In this document: piece after piece, positions 19,251 to 27,133 of the stretch
How the letters are laid out: each line of letters starts with the position of its first letter
Numbering within the stretch: the stretch's first letter is position 1
Source: Polyangiaceae bacterium
Lineage (GTDB): Bacteria; Myxococcota_A; Polyangia; Polyangiales; Polyangiaceae
Assembly (NCBI GenBank): GCA_044222475.1
Contig: JBGANF010000071.1
Span: 1-40,887 of the forward strand
DNA: 40,887 nt
Direction of reading: 5' to 3'
Notes under the pieces: generated by a model
What the model saw: the letters and a program-made list of their open reading frames with translations, nothing else
Database searches by the model: none
What the model was told of the DNA's origin: nothing
Program-made: the position numbers and the translations under genes

Positions 19251-19725
19251 CCGCGAGCACGTGCGCCGCGGTCGCGAGGCTCTGAGCGATCGCGCCGGCG
19301 AGCGCCGAGCGGAGCTCGTCGTCGCCGACTCCGGCGAGCGTTCCTTCGATCGCCTCGGGCAGCGGCGCGGGTCGCGGCACCTTCGTGCTCTTGCGGCGCT
19401 CCGGCGGTCGCGCCGGCGGATCGATCGGGCCGGTGCGGAAGCTCAGCTTCGCGACCTCGATGCCGTGAGCGCGCAAGCGCTCGATCAAGGTGTCGGAGAG
19501 GAGGGAGAGCTCCTGCGCCCAGGCGCTGGTCGCCGCCCGAATGACCAACACGCCGCCATCGAGCTTCACCGGGAGCGCGCGATCGGCGACGCGCGGACCG
19601 ACGATGGTGCGCCAGAGCGGTCCGGAGATCGGAGCGCGGTCCGGGGCGAAGCGATCCTCGCCGGCGCGCGCGAGGATCGCGTCGACGGGCTCGGGGGAGT
19701 AGAGCTGGGGCCTTCGGCGGCGCAC
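19117..19725 (-). CDS. dciA: DciA/DUF721-family protein (helicase-loader-like)
   Basis: WRTIVGPRVADRALPVKLDGGVLVIRAATSAWAQELSLL...LIERL; 3' end overlaps the convergent FHA gene. Confidence 0.7.
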   Translation of the reverse strand: MRRRRPQLYSPEPVDAILARAGEDRFAPDRAPISGPLWRTIVGPRVADRALPVKLDGGVLVIRAATSAWAQELSLLSDTLIERLRAHGIEVAKLSFRTGPIDPPARPPERRKSTKVPRPAPLPEAIEGTLAGVGDDELRSALAGAIAQSLATAAHVLAVTESPPAARDPRSAAPENAPPGRGSASARAGTRRSPGGGPGRSQ

Positions 19726-19798
19726 GAAGGCTCACGGTGGCGCAAACCACGCCGCGTGGCAACCGCCGGGCCTCCGTGGTAAGGACTGCGCACTCCAA

Positions 19799-20167
19799 AT
19801 GTGGGAAATCAGCACCGAGACGATGGTCGCAGCGGCACACCAGCTCAGGCTCGCCCCGGGCGAGGGTGAGCGCCTCCACGGGCACAACTGGCGCATCAAG
19901 GCGACGGTGCGGGCGAGCGAGCTCGACTCGCGCGGGTTCGTGATGGACTTCAACGAGATCGGCCCGACCCTCCGCGCTCTCGTCGAGCCGTACGAGCACG
20001 TCTTCCTCAACGAGGTGCCGCCGTTCGACGACGTGAACCCCACCGCGGAGAACATCGCGCGAGTCATCTTCGAGAACCTCGCGGCGAAGGTCGACGACGC
20101 GCGCGTGAAGGTCGTGCGCATCGAGATCTGGGAGAACGACGTCTGTGCGGCGGCGTACTTCCGCTGA
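19799..20167 (+). CDS. 6-pyruvoyl-tetrahydropterin synthase family (QueD/PTPS; PTPS-III-type motif)
   Basis: AAAHQL, ERLHGHNW, GFVMDF, NPTAENIA, IWEN. Confidence 0.9.
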   Translation: MWEISTETMVAAAHQLRLAPGEGERLHGHNWRIKATVRASELDSRGFVMDFNEIGPTLRALVEPYEHVFLNEVPPFDDVNPTAENIARVIFENLAAKVDDARVKVVRIEIWENDVCAAAYFR

Positions 20168-20179
20168 TCGGACCGCTAG

Positions 20180-22660
20180 CTAGCGAAGGCTCCCGCTCGG
20201 GCGGCGAAGTGACAGCACGCCGCGCGGTGCTGCGGGCTCGACGAGCGCGCCGCGGCGATCGGCGAGGCCCACCCGCAACGTTCCGTCGGCGAGGGCGAGC
20301 GCGTACGGCGCTCGCGGCACGGCGTCGGTCCCGATGTCGCCGAGGACGAACACGACGACCGGCAACGTCTCGGTGGTGGGGACGAATGCAGCGCCGCAAC
20401 GGCGCGTCACGTCGGCGACGCGCTCGTGGGCGGTGCACGCGTCGAGGGCGCGTCGGTCGGAGTCGTCGCGCGTAGTGCGGGTGATCGCCAGGGCGGCGGC
20501 GGCGCGGACCTCTTCGCTCTCGTCTTCGGTGAGGGCGCGTCGCTCCTCGGCGCCGTCCTGGCATCGCGCGCCGCTGAGCGCGAGGCCGACGAGGGCGTTG
20601 GCGCGGGCGTAGCGATGCCCGGTAGCGATGCGAGGGCATAGCCAGTCGGCGGCGAGCGTCGCGCTCTTGAGGCGAGCGGCGATGTGTCCGAGCGCGGCGG
20701 CCGCGTTGATCGAGACGTCGGTGTCGGCCGTCTTGTCGGCGGCGAGCGCGCGCCCGGCGGCTTCGTCGCCGACGTTGCCGAGCGCCCACGCTGCGTTCGA
20801 TCGCACGGCGCCGTCGCCGTCTTTGAGGAACGCGAGGAGCGCCGCTTGGCCGTCGGTGCTGGGCTGAGCGCCGAGCGCAGTCGCGAGGGTGCGGCGGTCG
20901 TCGACGTCGGGGCTGGCCTTCAACTTGAGGAGGAGCTGGATCGCGCGTGGATCCTTGGCCTGCCCGAGCGCGGAGATGACGGCGTCGCGCTCGGGGCCGG
21001 CCGCCACGTCGAGCTCGCGCGCGAGACGTGCGGTCGCCGCGTCGGAGGGTGAACGACCGAGGATGCCGCCGAGCCCCAAGAGCAGCGCGAAGCGGTCGGT
21101 CTCGTCGGTGGTGTCGAGCTTGGCGACGAGCGCGTCGCGGGCCTTCGGGCCGCCCGCGCGCGAGAGCGCGACGGCAGCGCGGAGGCGGATCGCGCCGTCG
21201 GGATCGCCGACGAGCGGGACGAGCGCGTCGTCGGCGGTCGCCGGACCGAGCGCGCCGAGCGCGTCGACGGCGGCGGCGCGGAGCGCCGGATCCTTGACCG
21301 TCACGAGGCCCGCGAGCGTGGTCGCCGCGCGCGGTGCGCCGGTGCGACCGAGGAGCTGCGCGATCTCGACGAGCTCGCTCGGGCCGAGGCGAGAGTCCTT
21401 GAGGGCGGCGGCGAGCGGCTCCACCGCGCGTCCGTCGGGGTGGACCGGATCGAGGAGCGCGAACGCGGCGCCTCGCGACTCGGCGCGGACCGACGGGCTC
21501 GGATCGACGAGGAACTCGAGGACGACGGGGACGGCGTCGGGGTTCGCGGTGCCGCCGAGCGCGCGGAGCCCGGCCGCGACCGGCACGGTGCCGCGTCGCA
21601 TCGCGGTGATGATGCTCGTCGCTTGCTTCGTGGCGTGGAGTTGTCCCAACACCCACGCGGCGCTGATGGCGGCGGCGGTGCTGGGGGGCGCCGCGAGCAC
21701 GGCTTCGAGATCGGGGATCGCCTTCGCGCCGGTGTCCACGAGGGCGTCGCGAACGGCGGTGTGATCGAGGGTGGCGATCGCGTCGTCGCCGCTGCCCAGC
21801 GTCGAGACGAGCGTCTTGATCGCCTCGGCGGTGCCGATGCGCCCGAGCGCTGCGATGGCCGCTTGGCGCAACGGAGGAGCCTTGTCGGAGGCGATCGGGG
21901 TCAGCACGTCGACCGCATCGGCGGCGCGGAAGCGACCGAGCGAGCGAATGGCCTCCATGCGGACGTCTTGGAGGTTGTCGCGAAGCTGGAGCATCAGCGC
22001 TTGAGACGCCCGCGGATCGCCGAGATCGCCGAGCGCGCGGGCGACCTCTTTACGGACGTCGGCGACTTGGTCCTGGACCTTGCCCACGAGCGGGACGACG
22101 GCGCGTCGATCGCCGAGCCGTCCGAGCGCGCGAACGACGTGGATGCGAACCGGAGGGCTCGCGTCGTCGAGCTTGCCGAGCAGGGGCGGCGCCGCGTCCG
22201 GTGAGGATTGCGCGCCGAGCGCCTCGGCGGCGGTCGCGCGGACGGTCGCGTCGTTGTCGCTCAGGGCGCGGGCGAGCTGGGGGATGGACTTCGGGTTGGG
22301 CAAGACGCGCGCGACGTCGCATGCCTTGATGCGTAGTCGCGTGTCGCGATCGCCGAGCCACGGCAGCACGGCCTCGGTGGCGGGCGCGTAGCGCAGGCGC
22401 ATCGCGGCGTCGGCGGCGGCGAGTCGAACCTCGGGGTCCGTGTCGGTGAGAGCCGTCGCGAGCAGCGGCGTCGCTTGGGCGAGGCTCAGGCTGCGCAGCT
22501 CGAGGGCGCCGCTGCGGCGTGCCGCCGGATCCGGTGAGCTCAGCGCGCGGGCGACTCGCTCCGGGACGTCGGGCCAGACGAGCGCGTTGGCGCCTCGCGG
22601 TGCGCCGACGAACGCGGCGACCAGCGCGAGAAGGAGGGTGACTCTCCGAGCGCGACGCAT
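20180..22660 (-). CDS. Exported HEAT-repeat (PBS lyase-like) protein
   Basis: Signal peptide ending ANA; many L.D.D..VR..AA.ALG.LGD repeats. Confidence 0.85.
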   Translation of the reverse strand: MRRARRVTLLLALVAAFVGAPRGANALVWPDVPERVARALSSPDPAARRSGALELRSLSLAQATPLLATALTDTDPEVRLAAADAAMRLRYAPATEAVLPWLGDRDTRLRIKACDVARVLPNPKSIPQLARALSDNDATVRATAAEALGAQSSPDAAPPLLGKLDDASPPVRIHVVRALGRLGDRRAVVPLVGKVQDQVADVRKEVARALGDLGDPRASQALMLQLRDNLQDVRMEAIRSLGRFRAADAVDVLTPIASDKAPPLRQAAIAALGRIGTAEAIKTLVSTLGSGDDAIATLDHTAVRDALVDTGAKAIPDLEAVLAAPPSTAAAISAAWVLGQLHATKQATSIITAMRRGTVPVAAGLRALGGTANPDAVPVVLEFLVDPSPSVRAESRGAAFALLDPVHPDGRAVEPLAAALKDSRLGPSELVEIAQLLGRTGAPRAATTLAGLVTVKDPALRAAAVDALGALGPATADDALVPLVGDPDGAIRLRAAVALSRAGGPKARDALVAKLDTTDETDRFALLLGLGGILGRSPSDAATARLARELDVAAGPERDAVISALGQAKDPRAIQLLLKLKASPDVDDRRTLATALGAQPSTDGQAALLAFLKDGDGAVRSNAAWALGNVGDEAAGRALAADKTADTDVSINAAAALGHIAARLKSATLAADWLCPRIATGHRYARANALVGLALSGARCQDGAEERRALTEDESEEVRAAAALAITRTTRDDSDRRALDACTAHERVADVTRRCGAAFVPTTETLPVVVFVLGDIGTDAVPRAPYALALADGTLRVGLADRRGALVEPAAPRGVLSLRRPSGSLR

Positions 22661-22699
22661 GCGACGGACGGTATCACACACACGCCTCGCGCGCGCGAC

Positions 22700-24907
22700 T
22701 CAGGCCAGCCCGCCTCGCCGGCGTGCGTACCAGTGCAACCCGACGAGGAGCGCGGCGAAGAGCGACCAGACCCAGGGGGCGGCGACCGGCACGACGTGCC
22801 GCTCGGCGCTGACGACGGTGGGCTTCGGCAGCGGGATGTCGGCGACGGCATCGCTCGCGAAGCGGAAGGTGCCCGAGCTCGCATCGGCCAAGCGGCGCAG
22901 GCGCGTCGAGTCAGGCCGCGAGTCGGCCCACTCGTCGCCTCCGGCTTCGCACGCGAAGTCGCGGCGGGTCGTCGGACCGGATCCCACGTGGAGGAGGGCG
23001 GAGAACGCACCGGCGGGGAGCGGCGGGAGCTCCCACTCGACGACCCCCGACGCCGTGGCGCCGCGTCGCTCGAGCGCGATCGGCGTCATCGTGCCGTCGG
23101 TGCGAGTGATCTCGATCGCGAGGTCGACGGACTTCTGCCCGAGGCCGGTCGTGCGCACCGAGAGCTTCGCGGGCGCGCCGGCGAAGCACGTCGGGATCTC
23201 GATCTGCGCGGGCTCGAACCGTGGGTCGCGCATGAGCCAGCCGAGGAGGCCGTCCCACAGCGCGCCGTGGCCGCGGCCGGCGGTGCGCGTGCCGAGCTCG
23301 GAGAACTCGAGGAGCCATCCTCCGTCGACGCCGAGCGCGATCGAGCGGCCGTTGCCGACGTCGGAGATCGCGAGGACGGGCATGGGCGCGCCGCTCTTGG
23401 TGCGAAGGCGCGGGTGGGACCACAGCGTGATGCCTCCCGGCTGGACGTCACCGAGGATGTTGGCGCCCGGCATCGACGGCAGCTCGTCGGCGACGACGGC
23501 GCGGAGCGGACCCAAGAGCGGCGCGGATGCGCCCGCCTGCGCCCATTCCGGCACGAAGGGAGCGGTGTCCGCGGCGGTGGCGCCCGACGATCCGTCGAGG
23601 GTGACGGGGAGCACTCCCGCGAGCGGCGTGCCCGCGTATCCGCCGGCCACGAACGAGTTCGGTCCGCCGACCATGACGAGCCCGCCGCCGCTGCGGACGT
23701 AGTTCGCGAGCGCGGGCAGGTGGCGCTCGAGCCCGTACGGCTGAGCGTCGAAATCCTGGAGGACGACGGCGTCGAAAGACGGGAGGTGCTCGCTGAAGAG
23801 CTCGTCGACGGGGAAGGGGATGAGCGCGAGGTCGTCCTGTCCGGCGTTCGTGTTGTCGGTCGGGGTGCGAAGGATGAAGAACGCGACGACGTCGACGGAG
23901 GCGTCGCCCTTGAGCCACTGGCGCAGTGCGCGGACGTCGTTCGTCGGCCGTCCGGCGACGTGGAGGACGCGGACGCGCTCGCGCGCGACGTCGATCGCGA
24001 CGAGTCGTCGGTCGTTCTCGGGGATCGTGTCGCCGGCGACGCCGCCGATCGCGACCTCGACGACACGCGCGCCCGCGCGCTCGAGGGTGATCCCGAGGTC
24101 GAGCGTCGCGATGCCGTCCTTCACGTGCGCGAGGCCGGTCGCGAGGAGCGCGGGCGATCCGTCGTGGCGGAGCTCGCGCGCGGTCACGGTGAGCTCGTCG
24201 CAGGCGAGGCCTCCGTCGCACCCGACCTCGACCCGGAGCGGGAGCGGAACGTGCGCGACCGCGGCTCCGGCCAGCGCGACGCGTCGCACGCTCGCGTCGG
24301 CCGGCGCGTTCTTCGTCGTCGCGATCGTGTGGACGGGTACGCCGATCTCCTCGTGCAACGCCTTCAGCGTGTCGTCGGAGACGTCTGCCGACGGATCGTC
24401 GAGGCGGCCGTCGCTGACGACGACGATGGCGTCCGGCCGTTCGTCGGCGGAGCGCGCGAGGGCTCGCAGCGCTGCCGTGAGATCGCTGCGAGGGAGGACC
24501 GCGTGTGGATCGCGTGGCTTCGGCGCCCCGTCGCCGAACCCGAGCGGAACGAAGCGGACGTCCTTCCGATGGGCGAGGAGATCGTCGAGCGCACGGTCGC
24601 GTACGACGGCGCGATGGTCGGAGCCGTCGGCGAGGTCCATCGATCGCGATTGATCGGCAAGGAGGATCACCCGCGCCCCCACGACGCTCTCCGTTGCGGC
24701 GATCCGAACCGGACGCAGCACCGCGAGGAGCAGAAGGAGGACGGCTCCGATGCCGGAGGCTGCGATGGGCATCCCGCCGCGCTCGCGTCTCCTCATCTCG
24801 ACGAGCAGGAGCACGAAGCTCGCCCCGCTGAGCACGGCGGCGACGATCACCGCCCACGGCGGCAGATCGCTGCTCGGTGCCAGGTGGGTGGCCGTCGACG
24901 GATTCAT
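22700..24907 (-). CDS. Membrane protein with VWA-like and glutamine-amidotransferase-like (DUF1355-type) domains
   Basis: LADQSRSM (MIDAS DxSxS), VVVSDGR, IPENDRR, LALIPFPVDELF, FDAVVL, GGGLVMVGGPNSF; N- and C-terminal TM. Confidence 0.8.
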   Translation of the reverse strand: MNPSTATHLAPSSDLPPWAVIVAAVLSGASFVLLLVEMRRRERGGMPIAASGIGAVLLLLLAVLRPVRIAATESVVGARVILLADQSRSMDLADGSDHRAVVRDRALDDLLAHRKDVRFVPLGFGDGAPKPRDPHAVLPRSDLTAALRALARSADERPDAIVVVSDGRLDDPSADVSDDTLKALHEEIGVPVHTIATTKNAPADASVRRVALAGAAVAHVPLPLRVEVGCDGGLACDELTVTARELRHDGSPALLATGLAHVKDGIATLDLGITLERAGARVVEVAIGGVAGDTIPENDRRLVAIDVARERVRVLHVAGRPTNDVRALRQWLKGDASVDVVAFFILRTPTDNTNAGQDDLALIPFPVDELFSEHLPSFDAVVLQDFDAQPYGLERHLPALANYVRSGGGLVMVGGPNSFVAGGYAGTPLAGVLPVTLDGSSGATAADTAPFVPEWAQAGASAPLLGPLRAVVADELPSMPGANILGDVQPGGITLWSHPRLRTKSGAPMPVLAISDVGNGRSIALGVDGGWLLEFSELGTRTAGRGHGALWDGLLGWLMRDPRFEPAQIEIPTCFAGAPAKLSVRTTGLGQKSVDLAIEITRTDGTMTPIALERRGATASGVVEWELPPLPAGAFSALLHVGSGPTTRRDFACEAGGDEWADSRPDSTRLRRLADASSGTFRFASDAVADIPLPKPTVVSAERHVVPVAAPWVWSLFAALLVGLHWYARRRGGLA

Positions 24908-24972
24908 CGCGCTCAAAGGCCATAGCACGCCTTCGCGGAGCCATCTTTGCGCATCCGTGCTACGTCATCGGC

Positions 24973-25752
24973 GTGCGCCTCTCGCGCGTTCTCCCCTGGT
25001 TCGCGGTGGTCGTGGCGGCGCTGCTCGTCGCGTCGATCCCGCGCCCGGCAAGCGCGTTCGGCGACGTCGGCGCGTTCGACCCGCGCGTCCTGTTGGTCGG
25101 CTCGCAGACCGATGCCGCCCACCCGAGTGCGCCGGGTCGGTGGTCGTGGGAGCTCGTGCAGCGAACCAGCGCGCCGGCGCGCTCCAAGCCGACGCTCGTT
25201 CGCGCCGACGCTCCGGATATCACCGCAGCACCTTTCCTCTACTGGAGCGGTGCGCGAGCGGTCGACCCGCTCACCGGCGGCGAGATCGCCGGGCTACGAA
25301 GGTTCTTCGCTCTCGGTGGCGTGCTCTTCGTGGACGACGCAGCGCCCGGCGCCGCGGGGCCCGGCGCCTTCGGCACGAGCGCACGACGCGAGATCGGCCG
25401 AGTGTTGACCGACGCGACTCCGGTCACGCTGCCGACGGAGCACGTGGTCTTCCGTACGTTTTATCTGCTCCATCGAGCCGAGGGGCGCGTCGCCGGCCCG
25501 GCGTCACTCGATGCGATCGTGCGGGGCGGGGTAGCTCAAGTCATCTTCTCGTCGCACGATCTGGGCGGAGCGATCGCGCGAGGCCCCACCGGCACGTGGG
25601 AAGAGACCGTGGTGCCCGGTGGGGATGCGCAACGCGAGCGCGCGGTGCGCCTGGCGGTGAACGTCGCGATGTACGGGCTCTGCTCGAATTACAAGGATGA
25701 TCAGGTGCATGCACCTTTCTTGATGCGCCGCAGATCGAGCGCGATCCCGTAA
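24973..25752 (+). CDS. DUF4159-family exported protein
   Basis: PFLYWSG, LRRFFALGGVLFVDD, HVVFRTFYLL, SHDLGGA, RLAVNVAMY.LCSNYKDDQVH; signal peptide from GTG 24973. Confidence 0.8.
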   Translation: MRLSRVLPWFAVVVAALLVASIPRPASAFGDVGAFDPRVLLVGSQTDAAHPSAPGRWSWELVQRTSAPARSKPTLVRADAPDITAAPFLYWSGARAVDPLTGGEIAGLRRFFALGGVLFVDDAAPGAAGPGAFGTSARREIGRVLTDATPVTLPTEHVVFRTFYLLHRAEGRVAGPASLDAIVRGGVAQVIFSSHDLGGAIARGPTGTWEETVVPGGDAQRERAVRLAVNVAMYGLCSNYKDDQVHAPFLMRRRSSAIP

Positions 25753-25765
25753 CGCGCGGCCGCGA

Positions 25766-26013
25766 CGTACCAGGTTGGGACAATCTGGAGTGAGTCCGGG
25801 CTGTGAGGGTGCTTCGCATCTGGAGTGAGTTGCGAAACGCTGCCGGTGCTTCGCATCTGGAGTGAGGGCAAGACTTCGGAGGGTGCTTCGCATCGGGGGT
25901 GAGTTGCGACGCGCTGGCCTAGTTCACTTGACAAAGGGCGATTGCATCGCCCTCGGGTGCTACGCACCCTCACCCCACGCGGTCACACGACGTCGCTCCG
26001 CGAGTCGGTGACC
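25766..26013 (-). repeat. Structured repeat, copy 2 (head + 37 bp-period units)
   Basis: Reverse complement of 1-104. GGTGCTTCGCATC(T/G)GG(A/G)GTGAG at 25808, 25845 and 25882, partial unit at 25783; upstream hairpin 25981-26013. Confidence 0.85.
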
Positions 26014-26294
26014 GGAACGGGGGCTGCGCCCCCCTCTCCCCCCGCCTCCAAGCTTGGAGGTGAAACCAAGACTTCGAAGGGTGCTGCGCGCCAGGCTTGG
26101 GACAAGACTTCACAGAGAGGCGAGCGTCTCGGAGCACACTCCCGATGCGAAGCACCCTCGCAGTCTCGTCCCAACTTGGTACGTGGGCACCCTAGCGGTC
26201 CTCACGACCCACCACGTGGGAACCATGCCAGTGGGGGGCCCCACTACGTGGGGCTCTCCGGGTCGGGGCCGCGAACGCGGTCCCGATCCCGCTA
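26014..26294. repeat. Mosaic of palindromes and repeat units in both orientations between copies 2 and 3
   Basis: GGGGGC-TGC-GCCCCC, perfect palindrome CCTCCAAGCTTGGAGG, forward unit CACTCCCGATGCGAAGCACCC (~26137-26157), multi-hairpin 26190-26297. Confidence 0.7.
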
Positions 26295-26465
26295 GGGGTG
26301 AGGCGCGAAGCGCCGAGGGGGATGCAATCCCCCTTACCAGAGTGAACTAGGCCAGCGCGTCGCAACTCCCTCCCGATGCAAAGCGCCGCCCGCAGTGTCG
26401 TCCCGACTTCCGCGCGAAGCCCCTCAGTGTCTCGCAGCTCACTCGAGGCACGAAGCGCCGCCAGC
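26295..26465 (+). repeat. Structured repeat, copy 3 (diverged head + three 36 bp units)
   Basis: GGGGTGA-GGCGC-GAA-GCGCC-G-AGGGGGAT-GCA-ATCCCCCT...AGTGAACTAGGCCAGCGCGTCGCAACTC; cores at ~26378, 26414, 26450. Confidence 0.8.
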
Positions 26466-27092
26466 TCAATCGAAGTCGTCGATGCGCCACACCGCGCCGT
26501 CTCGGCGCATGCGCACGCGGTGCCCACCGGGGATCTCGACCGTCGCCGTATCGCCCGCGATCTGAACCGGGAGCGTGTCCGGTTTCTCCAGCCCGTCGAC
26601 GAGGGAGCGCAGGTCCTGCTCGATCATCGCCCGCGTCTGCGGTGACAGGATGCGCATCAGCCCGGCGTAGCTTCGCCTCGCGATGACGCGACGGAGCTGA
26701 TCGAGCGCTTCCTCCGGCGTGCGCGCGCCTCCGGGGAGCGCTCCTGCGCTCGTCACCCAGAAGAGCCCGTCCTTGAGGTCGAGCGCCGACTCCTCACCGT
26801 CGTCGTAGCGGAGACGCGCCGTGGCCTGCACTCGAGTCTGCGGTGCGCGGAGCGCCTTGGCGACGTCGGTCAGCTCGCCACGCTCGTCGGCGACGACCTT
26901 GCGAACCTCTTCGCGCGGTCGCGCCTTCTGCGCCTCGGTCGTCATCATGTCGTAGATGCGATCGGCGTCGCCCTTGTCGGCTGCGTCCGCATAAGCGCGC
27001 GCTGCGTCGCGCGGATCCGGCACGCTGTGGGACACGCACGCCGTCATCGTGATCGCGAATCCCAGCACCAAGGTCTTGCTCGAAATGCGCAT
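26466..27092 (-). CDS. Hypothetical lipoprotein
   Basis: MRISSKTLVLGFAITMTAC lipobox; C-terminal MRRDGAVWRIDDFD reminiscent of NTF2-like lipoproteins. Confidence 0.7.
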   Translation of the reverse strand: MRISSKTLVLGFAITMTACVSHSVPDPRDAARAYADAADKGDADRIYDMMTTEAQKARPREEVRKVVADERGELTDVAKALRAPQTRVQATARLRYDDGEESALDLKDGLFWVTSAGALPGGARTPEEALDQLRRVIARRSYAGLMRILSPQTRAMIEQDLRSLVDGLEKPDTLPVQIAGDTATVEIPGGHRVRMRRDGAVWRIDDFD

Positions 27093-27133
27093 CTCGCAGC
27101 GGGCGACTCTACCACGGCCTCCGGTTCGCCGAG

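Noticed and set aside
25783..25903. CRISPR array
   Set aside because: The linkers are only ~15 nt and recur, the repeats are degenerate and dispersed in both orientations, and no cas genes are present.
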